From NCBI GenBank assembly GCA_963764725.1, contig CAVXTM010000018.1, forward strand, positions 512,001 through 576,000: a stretch of DNA of 64,000 nucleotides, in the 5' to 3' direction. Position 1 is the stretch's first letter, and the number at the start of each line of letters is the position of its first letter. The stretch comes from an uncultured Gammaproteobacteria bacterium (lineage in GTDB: Bacteria > Pseudomonadota > Gammaproteobacteria > JACCXJ01). The notes under the pieces are model-generated. The model was not told the origin of the DNA. It was given only the letters and a program-made list of their open reading frames with translations, and did no database searches. This document shows, piece after piece, positions 32,206-40,387 of the stretch. The translations under genes were made by a program, and so were the position numbers.

Positions 32206-32419
32206 GCAACTCCTCACGGTCGAAGCGCCACCCTCGTGAATGGCCCTTGCTCTTCTGGCTCAAACGGCGCAGCTCCTCCATTTCCTCTTGAGCCTCACTC
32301 TGGCGTGTCAGCTGTTCGAGATAGTCGCGCACGAGTTGGTTCAGACTCTTTCCCATGGCTTGGGCAACTTTGCGCGCCTCTTCGGCGACCTTTTCGTCGA
32401 TGGACAAGGTGATGTTCAT
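32192..32419 (-). CDS. RHH/CopG-like antitoxin
   Basis: MNITLSIDEKVAEEARKVAQAMGKSLNQLVRDYL; overlaps the toxin start. Confidence 0.85.
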   Translation of the reverse strand: MNITLSIDEKVAEEARKVAQAMGKSLNQLVRDYLEQLTRQSEAQEEMEELRRLSQKSKGHSRGWRFDREELHGRS

Positions 32420-32446
32420 AGGGGACCTCTCTGCGGTGACAAATAA

Positions 32447-32461
32447 GCACATACTATGTGC
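32447..32461. promoter_or_regulatory. Palindromic operator of the vapBC operon
   Basis: GCACATA-C-TATGTGC just upstream of the antitoxin. Confidence 0.55.
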
Positions 32462-32553
32462 GCGCACATTATGCGTCAATCATTGGCACTGCGACTTGTT
32501 TTTTTTAGTTGCTCTCAGCATGTAACGCAACGAGGGCGCGATTTGGCTTGCGA

Positions 32554-32708
32554 GACTTTTGCGGGACGTCGTTAGACACTGTTAGACACCGTACGACATT
32601 CTGTGTGCAACGGGCTCGGGCAACTGTATCGTTAAATCAATGACTTATAGGTAGAGCAGGTGACTGAAAATCCCTGTGTCGGCGGTTCAATTCCGTCCCT
32701 GGCCACCA
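32554..32708 (+). repeat. att arm plus tRNA-Phe 3' core 2
   Basis: ~110-bp arm with tandem GTTAGACAC repeats and IHF site AATCAATGACTTA (32635-32647), then 47-bp core 32662-32708; near-identical to 38638-38792. Confidence 0.9.
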
Positions 32709-32885
32709 ATATAATCAATGGCTTGCAGCATTTCTACCCCGCTCACTTGTCTAATATTTTCGCGTTTTTTCTAATTTGTTAGACAGCAATTATTTTGGAG
32801 CTGACGTAAGCCTCGGTTGTTATGAAGGATTACGTACGCAAACAAAAGCGAGCAGGGGACGCTGTTCTCGCGGGTTGCTATAGGG

Positions 32886-33149
32886 ATGCATATCAAAGAT
32901 GCAGGACTGGCTGCCGCATCTTTTGCGCATAGTCAACGAGTGGACCTCGTACTACAACACAGTACGTCCGCACCGGTCGCTCGGTCCTGGGATCCCAAGT
33001 CCTCCGGACACCTTACCCGTCGCTGTTACATCGTACCGACTTCCCGGACAAGCGGGACGTTTTCGCACGCCCTTTGCTTGGCGGCCTGCACCACGATTAT
33101 CGGTTGGTGCCAGTCGCGGCATGAGTTCGGAAGATAATTGCGGACGACA
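32886..33149 (+). mobile_element. 3' remnant of integrase-core element, subfamily A
   Basis: HLLRIVNEWTSYYNTVRPHRSLGPGIP, GGLHHDY; terminus ATAATTGCGGACGACA. Confidence 0.78.
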
Positions 33150-33252
33150 GTCACTGCCATTGAACAAGTTTTGCTGGATATCGCATTGTCATGGCCTATT
33201 CAAAACACCTGTGGCGGCCTAGACTTGGATTTCGCCTATTACAGGTTCGGCG

Positions 33253-33759
33253 TCAGACGGCTCGACTGTCATATGCCCAATGTAGTAGTGCCTGCCTCTG
33301 CTTCCTTCGGCAACTCACATCCGCCTTTGCGCACCCCTTCTTGATCTGAGCAATATGTCTTGTCATCGCTTTCCATCTCTTGATCTGACGTTCGTCATCG
33401 GGACATCTCCTGCCCATAAAGTACCGGCAGTACCACTGAAACCACCCCCGCGGGTCCTCGCTATAAATCCAACCCTTTTCCTCCCACACAGCCAATGCCT
33501 GGGAGGCGTTGACGCCAAAGCAATTCAGGTCAGGATCGTGGCACCTGTGACAGAGTTTAGCCCCTGCAAACCAATCTCCGGGGAATTCGTCCGTACAGTC
33601 GGTCATGTATTTCCCGCCAAACACACCCAGCTCGAGCATCTGCTTTGGAGTTAGCTCAGGTTTGAAGTCAGCGTGATAGTTCTTGCCCATCGGTTCGGTC
33701 AGGAAATAGACGTAATTGCTTTGCATGAGGTCCTTCACAACTACTCTGCGCTTCTTCAT
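33253..33759 (-). CDS. Conserved hypothetical protein
   Basis: Intact 168-aa ORF with FKPELTPKQMLELGVFGGKY and DPRGWFQWYCRYFMGRR..DDERQIKRW..RQALLHWAYD. Confidence 0.8.
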   Translation of the reverse strand: MKKRRVVVKDLMQSNYVYFLTEPMGKNYHADFKPELTPKQMLELGVFGGKYMTDCTDEFPGDWFAGAKLCHRCHDPDLNCFGVNASQALAVWEEKGWIYSEDPRGWFQWYCRYFMGRRCPDDERQIKRWKAMTRHIAQIKKGCAKADVSCRRKQRQALLHWAYDSRAV

Positions 33760-34104
33760 GGCTCGTTTCTACGGTTCAGTCTGCGCGTTTAGCTCTATCA
33801 CGAGATAGCCACAAATGGTGCAGACCGCTGCGGTCCCCGTTGCGCCCAGCTCGCCGCCTCGCGAGCCTCCGTGCGGAAATGGGCGCGTGGCTGTGATGAA
33901 ACTCATGCTCAGGCGTGCTCGGCTTACCTGCCTTCGTTACGATTAAGGTAAGCCAACGATATCTGCGACAGCGTCGCCTCACAAGATGTACGCACTGAGT
34001 ATTTTATGTTTCGGGGATTGAGCCATAAGCGACCAGACTTGCCCGTTTCGATGTCCAACAGAACACAAAAATAAAAAATTAGCACTGTACGGAATGCAAG
34101 GCTG

Positions 34105-34166
34105 AACTAACGTACAGATTAAGCGGCGGCCACGCTTTGTGTTGGCCGTCCGCTTGAACGCTTGGC
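34105..34166 (-). other. Integron attC site interrupted at its R'' end
   Basis: Minus strand CCAAGCGTTCAAGCGGACGGCCAACACAAAGCGTGGCCGCCGCTTAATCTGTAC-GTTAGTT. Confidence 0.7.
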
Positions 34167-34570
34167 GTACGCCCGACATGGGCATGAACTTATGGGGTGA
34201 AAGCCCCCTGTAAGAGTATCGGTAATGTCTATTATAGGACAAATGCAACTACTAGCCGACGGCAAGGGCAATCCCGCGAGGGGTGGTCTGAAGGAAGCCC
34301 GAGCGCAAAGGTGCGAACCGACGGACCGAAATCGCATAGAAGTCTCCGGGCGAGTCAGCACAAGATGACGAAGCCCACCGAGGTACAGGTGTCTTGGTAA
34401 TGCCTCCGAGGAGCTGCTGGAGCGCGGAGTCATCAACGATGAGGGGGTCGGTCAGTAGGTAGTGCATCTCCACAAATTGCCGAAGGAACGGGTCGAAAGG
34501 CCCAGGAGACGCAGCATCATCTTGCCGGCAACCCCGTAACGTGGGCGTGCCCCATAGGCCAGCCGTGCGA
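34167..34570 (+). ncRNA. Group IIC (attC-targeting type) intron 5' fragment, no RT ORF
   Basis: GTACGCCCGACATGGGCATGAACTTATGGGGTGAAAGCCCCTG...CCGACGGCAAGGGCAATCCCGCGAGGGGTGGTCTGAAGGAAGCC. Confidence 0.75.
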
Positions 34571-34572
34571 GT

Positions 34573-35089
34573 TCAAGCTGAGTCGTGATGCCGTCGCCCC
34601 CAAGGGTTCCACGCCCGTCCGAAGGCCGAAGGAGTGTCCAGGAGCTTTGTCACCACCGGGTCAACGTCGGGTACGAACATGAACTCGTGCGGTCGGTCGA
34701 TCGGACCGATGAGTTCTGCTTTACGATTCTGCTTTGCCGCGACGAAGAGGTCACTGAGCAAACTTCGTTCGACACCCGGCCCGTAGAAATCCGGCAGGCG
34801 CAAGACAGTGGTTCTAATCCTGGCGGTGGTGTGCGCTTCCAGGACACGGTTTTCCTGTTCCTTGCGCTTCCGTCCCTTGAAGGTATGAGGCTCCTTTGGA
34901 TGATCCTCTGTCACACGCGCACTCTGCGGCCGGCCGAAAACGTACAGCGTACCGATAAGGAGCAGGCGGTCAACCTTTTCTGAGATCGCAGCATCGATGA
35001 CGCGGCGCATCAGGAGATGAAAATCCGTGTATCGAACGCCAACCATATAGACGACAGCTGGGACGCCCCTGAGAGCAGCCCTGATGGAC
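34573..35089 (-). pseudogene. NAD-dependent epimerase/dehydratase internal fragment
   Basis: LYVFGRP, TFKGRKRKEQE, VLRLPDFYGPGV, HEFMFVPDV; N-terminus removed at the IS end (35090). Confidence 0.72.
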
Positions 35090-35213
35090 TGTGCTGCGCA
35101 TTTAATCTCCGACCGGGCGTTACTCCGGTTTTTGGCCCGCCGCTAGCTAGCAAGTCGCTGAGAAATCGGTGTAACCTGATCGCATGGGATTCGTTCGTCA
35201 GGCCTTAAATTGT

Positions 35214-36596
35214 GGGTCTTCGTGAAAACGTGTGGGTAATTTTGTTTCCATGATCACGCTGCAAGGCTTGCTCCGCAAGGGATTACGCCCGGTTGAAGGG
35301 ACGGTAATTTCTGGCATGCTGTGGCGATGGCTACCCAACGCAAACGCTCTCGTCGTCTCACCGACACATACGCCTTTGACGGCTTTCGTCCACAAGCAAC
35401 GGTACGCGGGGTTTTCGGGGAACCGAAGGTCCGCATCGTCACGCTCGTACGACGCTCAAAAAAACACGCTGTGGAGTCTGCGGTACGTTGCATCGCGGTT
35501 GGTACGACAAGAAGCTGCGGCAGGTTCGAGATCTCTCCTGCGGGGATACGCACGTGCGGCTGGAGTTGGAGGTCCGGCGTGTGGATTGCCGGCAGTGCGG
35601 CAAGGTGAAGCGCGAGCGTCTGGACTTTCTGGCCGACAACCCTTTCTACACCAAGCGCTTTGCTTTCTACGTCGGGCGGCGCTGCCGCACGAGCACCATC
35701 AAGGCGGTGGCCGATGAGTTGGATCTCGACTGGCAGACGGTCAAGGAGTTGGACAAGCAATACATGGGTGCGCAGCTTGCACGGGCTGGCCGGCCAGGAC
35801 CTGCGGTTATCGGCATCGATGAGATCGCCATCCGCAAAGGTCACACCTATCGCATCGTGGTCAGCGATCTCCTCCGTGGCCGACCGATCTGGTTTGGCGG
35901 GACTGACCGCTCTCAGGCCAGCATGGACGAATTCTTCAAATGGCTGGGGCCGCGTAAAACCAAGGGGGTGCGCTTGGCTGTGATGGATATGTGGAAGCCG
36001 TTTCGCAACAGCACCAGAGAACAAGCGCCCCAGGCGGCTATCCTGTTCGACAAATTTCACGTGACGCGTCATCTGGGCGAAGCGCTCGATAAGGTCCGCA
36101 AGGGGGAGTACGCCCGACTCAGCGGCGAGAAACGTACCTACATCAAGGGCCAAAAATATACCCTGCTCTCCCGGCGGGAGAATCTGACCCTCGATGGTCG
36201 AGCTGCCTTGAAGAGGCTCCTCGCCGCCAACAAGCGGCTGAACACTGCTTATCTGCTCAAGGAATCTTTCGGCCAATTGTGGAGCTACGAGCGTGAAGCG
36301 TGGGCGCGACGTTTCTTCGAGAACTGGCGTAACGCGCTTAAATGGCAGCGTCTGAAACCGTACGAGAAATTCGCCGAGATGATCGAGCGCCATTGGGATG
36401 GGATCGCTGCTTATTGCAAACCAGAGAACAAGATCTCTCTCGGATTCGTCGAAGGACTCAACAACAAGATCCGCGTCATCCAGCGCCGCGCCTACGGACT
36501 CCGCGACGAGGATTACCTGCGCCTCAAGGTGCTTACCTGCATGCTGCCGGTACTGTGAAAACACCATTTTCTACCCACTCACTTTCACGATGAGCC
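35214..36596 (+). mobile_element. ISL3-family insertion sequence (copy 2)
   Basis: Ends GGGTCTTCGTGAAAACGTGTGGGTA and CACTTTCACGATGAGCC; 8-bp TSD TAAATTGT (35206-35213, 36597-36604). Confidence 0.93.
35327..36558 (+). CDS. ISL3 transposase, probably expressed by a -1 frameshift at A7 (35458-35464)
   Basis: MATQRKRSRRL...VRRSKK joins TRCGVCGTLHRGWYD (Zn finger) in the -1 frame. Confidence 0.85.
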
Positions 36597-37719
36597 TAAA
36601 TTGTTTTGTCGACCTCGTTGCGCTTAGCCGCACGCTCGTCGCAAACGGCCTACGCTTTCTAGCCCTCTGCATGAAGAGCCGCCCGACGCTCGCGGCGGAG
36701 ATTCTCTTTCTTCGAAAACAGCTGGCGTTCTATCAAGAACGGAAACTGGTTCCACGACGCTTTGACAACGCTTCGCGCTATCTCCTCGTGCTGCTCTCGC
36801 GTTGCTTTGACTGGAAGGAGGCTCTCGTCAATGTCACCCCGAAGACATTAATCGGGTGGCACCGCGTCGGGTTTCGACTGTTCTGGCGTTGGAAATGCCG
36901 GCGTGGACGACCTCGGATCCCCGTAGAACTTCGCGCGCTGATCCGCCAGATGGCTCGCGATAATATAAGTTGGGGAGAAGAACGCATTGCTAACGAACTC
37001 TTACTCAAACTCGGGATCCACCTCTCCCCGCGTACCGTTCGTAAATACATGCCGCAACCTCCACCGGATCGAGCGCGAGGTGATCAACGCTGGTTAACCT
37101 TCATACACAATCACGCCAACGCGATTGTGGCCTGCGATTTCCTAACCGTCGTTACCGCGTCTTTCAAATGTCTCTATGTCTTTGTGATCATTGATCTCGG
37201 AACCCGAAAGCTGTTGCACATCCATGTGACCGATCACCCGACCGCTAACTGGACACTACAACAGTTGAGAGAAGCTATGCCCTCTGACCATCCGTATCGA
37301 TACCTGCTGCATGACCGGGATAACATCTTCTCCGCCGATCTGGACGCGTCCATCAAGAAATTCGGTTTGCGTGTTTTGAAAACTCCCTACCGCAGTCCCA
37401 TGGCAAATTCGTTCTGCGAACGCGTGATCGGAAGCCTACGCCGAGAATGCCTGGATTTCTTGATCCCATTAACCAAAGGGCATTTACTGCGAGTCGTACA
37501 AGAGTGGTCCACCTACTACAACACGGCACGAGCCCACATGTCGCTCGGTCCCGGGATCCCAAGCCCACCCGAAGCATTATCCGTAGCACTCGGAGAACAC
37601 CGACACCAGCCTCCCCAGAGCCAGCAGGTTTGGGCGCGCCCTGTTCTGTGTGGGTTGCATCATGATTACGTGCTGATGCCTGTACCTGCGTGAGTCCGGA
37701 AAGATTCTTGCGGAGGACA

Positions 37720-37850
37720 ATTGACCTCTTTCGGTGTGAATCGATTTTGCTGCACAGCTATTGGGTCATGGTGGTCATCGATGTGTTTAGCCGACGGCTC
37801 ATCGGGCTCGCTGTCGAGCGCGGACACCTGGATGGAATCGCGTGGTATAC
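37720..37850 (+). pseudogene. Internal remnant of another integrase-core transposase (probably subfamily C)
   Basis: IDLFRCESILLHSYWVMVVIDVFSRRLIG. Confidence 0.6.
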
Positions 37851-37911
37851 AAAAACTCGATCGAGCCTGATGCACCAGGATCTTACCTCGACTGAAGGGG
37901 AACGAGTTCCG

Positions 37912-38304
37912 CTAATCAGTGCGAAGGTGGACGGAATTTATCCGTAGCCATGCCGCAAAGGCCTCTTCGGAAAGGCTACCGTCTGCCAGGCTGACCATCG
38001 TCCTTACGCAGGCCGCATTGTCAGCTATAAGCTCGTACCCGTTCAGGGCCAGAAAGAGCTCTGTCACCACAAAGGCTGTTCGCTTGTTACCATCCACGAA
38101 GGGATGATTACGTGCGATCCCGAATCCATAGGCGGCTGCGATAGCAGGAATGTCGGGGTCGGCGTAGGCTACGGTGTTTCTGAGTCGTGCGAGCGCGGAC
38201 TGCAGCAACCCGAGGTCGCGCACACCGGTGGGACCGCCGTGCTCGGCAAGGTGCTCTTCATGTAGGGCAAGAACGATAGACTCCTCGAGCCATACGATCG
38301 ACAT
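37912..38304 (-). CDS. doc: Death-on-curing (Doc/Fic) toxin
   Basis: HGGPTGVRDLGLLQSAL, HPFVDGNKRTA. Confidence 0.92.
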   Translation of the reverse strand: MSIVWLEESIVLALHEEHLAEHGGPTGVRDLGLLQSALARLRNTVAYADPDIPAIAAAYGFGIARNHPFVDGNKRTAFVVTELFLALNGYELIADNAACVRTMVSLADGSLSEEAFAAWLRINSVHLRTD

Positions 38305-38528
38305 TACTTCGCCAGCTTACGCAGAACATCACGGCGCTTTTTCATGATTTGCCGGGCGATGGTCATCTGGATCTCGAACTCCGGGCTATAAGGTGTTAGG
38401 CGGTAGCCGTCTGGGGATTCGGTCAAGAACACCGTGTCACCTTTCTCGAGCTTGAGCTTGGTCAGGACCTCTTTTGGCAGCACCATACCGATCGAATTTC
38501 CAATGGCGGTAAGTTTGAGGGTCGGCAT
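38304..38528 (-). CDS. AbrB/MazE-like antitoxin
   Basis: LKLTAIGNSIGMVLPKEVLTKLKLEKGD. Confidence 0.9.
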   Translation of the reverse strand: MPTLKLTAIGNSIGMVLPKEVLTKLKLEKGDTVFLTESPDGYRLTPYSPEFEIQMTIARQIMKKRRDVLRKLAK

Positions 38529-38541
38529 GAGAGGATCTCGC

Positions 38542-38561
38542 GTTATTACTTGTGTAATAAC
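38542..38561. promoter_or_regulatory. Palindromic operator of the Doc TA operon
   Basis: GTTATTAC-TTGT-GTAATAAC, perfect 8-bp inverted repeat upstream of the antitoxin. Confidence 0.7.
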
Positions 38562-38637
38562 ATAGTGTAGACCCCGAGAGTTGTCCAGAGAGAAATCGGG
38601 CACCTGGCTAGGAAATGCTTGTCAATTCGGCCAGCGG

Positions 38638-38792
38638 GACTTTTGCGTGACGTCGTTAGACACTGTTAGACACCGTACGACATTCTGTGTGCAACGGGCG
38701 CGGGATACTGTATTGTTAAATCAATAACTTATAGGTCGAGCAGGTGACTGAAAATCCCTGTGTCGGCGGTTCAATTCCGTCCCTGGCCACCA
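38638..38792 (+). repeat. att arm plus tRNA-Phe 3' core 3
   Basis: Same arm as 32554-32661, IHF site AATCAATAACTTA (38719-38731), core 38746-38792. Confidence 0.9.
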
Positions 38793-38989
38793 ATAGAAAC
38801 AATAGCATGTGTGCCATTATTCACTTACATGTGGTCCGCAATTTTCTAAACGAACTGCCTTAGACACTCTTACTTTGTGGGGTCTACCTTGTCCCTGTCT
38901 GTGGCGAATCATCAATTGTACCGAGAAATTCGAACTCAATTCAGCCTTGTATATCCGTGCGTAACGGGTAAGGTAAGTGGATGCGAGAA

Positions 38990-39150
38990 GCTTTCGTCCT
39001 CCTTGCTTATCTTCACGACGCTGGTAAAGCGGCATCGGATTCCGCTGGCGGCCTTCGCCTATATCGGTAACGACGTGAACGATATCCCGGCCGTCGCGCT
39101 GACCGGTCTCTCGGCTTGTCCGAGCGATGCCGTGGTAGAGGTCCGGCCAG
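38990..39150 (+). pseudogene. KdsC-like HAD phosphatase C-terminal remnant
   Basis: AYIGNDVNDIPAVALTGLSACPSDAVVEVR. Confidence 0.6.
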
Positions 39151-39199
39151 CGGGTGCGGGAGGAAAAGCAATAGCGCTCGACAGCGTGCGGCGATGCGC

Positions 39200-39895
39200 A
39201 TGAACGCCCTCCGGTTCTTGATCGGCACGACACGAGCCCGCTGTCTCGCTTTGGCGAGCAGTTTGGCATGGGCAAGCCTCGCTGGGTGCGCGGACACGTC
39301 TCCCGAATGCCGGGACCTCCTCGCGCAGGCCCACGAGCGGGCCGAGAGGGGGAACCTCGATGCGCAGTTTAAGCTTGGACAGATGTACGAACACGGGGGG
39401 AAATGTGTCGCCGTGGATATGCAGGCGGCTGCGAAATGGTACCGCCAAGCCGCGGACAGTGGGCATGCCGGTGCGCAAAAGGTCTTGGGTTTCATGTATG
39501 CGGGCGGCGTCGGCCTGGAGGAAGACACGAAGCAGGCTGTCTATTGGTTTCGCAAGGCCGCCGAACAAGGCCACCCCGAGGCCCAGGTCGGTTTAGGCAT
39601 CGCATATCTGCGCGGGGTCGGGGTCCCCCAGGACCTCGATGAGGCCACAAAGTGGCTGCGGCGATCGGCCGAGCAAGGTTTCGCACGGGGTCAATTCAAC
39701 CTCGGTCATTCCTACGAAACCGGACAGGGAGTGCCGCAAGATTATGTGCAAGCGTATATGTGGTACAAACTGGCCGCTGGCCGGTACCCGAAAGCCGACA
39801 GGGCCCTCAAGCGTCTGGCAGAAACAATGACGCCGCAGGCGGTCGAAAAAGGAAACCGTTTAGCCAAAGATTGGAACGAAGCAGCGGTCGATTGA
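39200..39895 (+). CDS. Sel1-repeat (TPR-like) exported protein
   Basis: Lipobox-like LAGC; repeats AQFKLGQMY, AAKWYRQAA, AVYWFRKAAEQG, GQFNLGHSYETGQGV. Confidence 0.9.
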   Translation: MNALRFLIGTTRARCLALASSLAWASLAGCADTSPECRDLLAQAHERAERGNLDAQFKLGQMYEHGGKCVAVDMQAAAKWYRQAADSGHAGAQKVLGFMYAGGVGLEEDTKQAVYWFRKAAEQGHPEAQVGLGIAYLRGVGVPQDLDEATKWLRRSAEQGFARGQFNLGHSYETGQGVPQDYVQAYMWYKLAAGRYPKADRALKRLAETMTPQAVEKGNRLAKDWNEAAVD

Positions 39896-40099
39896 CGACA
39901 TCACCTCGATGTTAGATACCTCGACGACGGTGCCGACGGCCACCCGGCTCCAGTTCTCGGCAGCACGATAAAGCAGTCGGCCGCGCTCATCGAGGTCAGC
40001 AGGGCCGAACCCTGAGGCCCGGCGCTAGCCCGGATTTCTCGTGCGCCGTGCAAAGGCACGGTCTTTCAGCGGGTGCGAACCCGCCCGGTAACTCAGTGA

Positions 40100-40362
40100 G
40101 GCAATCTCACTTCTTCGATGAGCGACTGTGCACGCGATGGCGAAAGCGCTCGCCATAAATCGTATCTCGATCGCGTAGCAATAGCGGGGTGCCGTATCCC
40201 AGGGGAAGGCCCGACGATTTGTTGGGCTACCCATGTTGCAGCCGATGAGTAGATGGGCCAGAAGGACGAAGAGTTCTCGCGTGCCCCTACCTTACCAACC
40301 CGGCATGCCTAGACAAGACGACGATTAGCAGGAATTTTCCCTCGAATTAGCGGTTCGCCACA
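40100..40362 (-). mobile_element. Fused remnants of integrase-core elements (subfamily C left end plus subfamily B internal piece)
   Basis: AFPWDTAPRY..RDRDTIYGERFRHRVHS; leader similar to 12150-12263. Confidence 0.6.
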
Positions 40363-40387
40363 CACAGGTAACGACCGAGGCAGAACA

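Larger units (their letters stand above)
35184..37693 (+). pseudogene. Integrase-core (rve) transposase interrupted by ISL3
   Basis: MGFVRQALNC|FVDLVALSR..., ACDFLTV, LLHDRDNIFS, FCERVIGSLRRECLD, GLHHDY. Confidence 0.85.
35090..37719 (+). mobile_element. Full-length integrase-core element subfamily A with nested ISL3
   Basis: Termini TGTGCTGCGCA (35090) and TTGCGGAGGACA (37719); ORF from ATG 35184 rejoins in frame across the ISL3. Confidence 0.8.

Noticed and set aside
32650-32708. Intact tRNA-Phe gene
   Set aside because: The 5' acceptor strand and first half of the D-arm are missing and the anticodon stem is mismatched; all three copies are att remnants.
34167-34570. Retron or DGR system
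   Set aside because: No reverse transcriptase ORF (no YADD-type motif) and no TR/VR pair in the window.
36398-37693. 431-aa ORF as a novel fusion protein
   Set aside because: Its N-terminus is read-through from the ISL3 end; the real start is ATG 35184 on the other side of the IS.
30058-38792. CRISPR-like repeat array
   Set aside because: The repeats are tRNA-derived, kilobases apart, and there are no cas genes; no short regularly spaced repeats were seen in the window.
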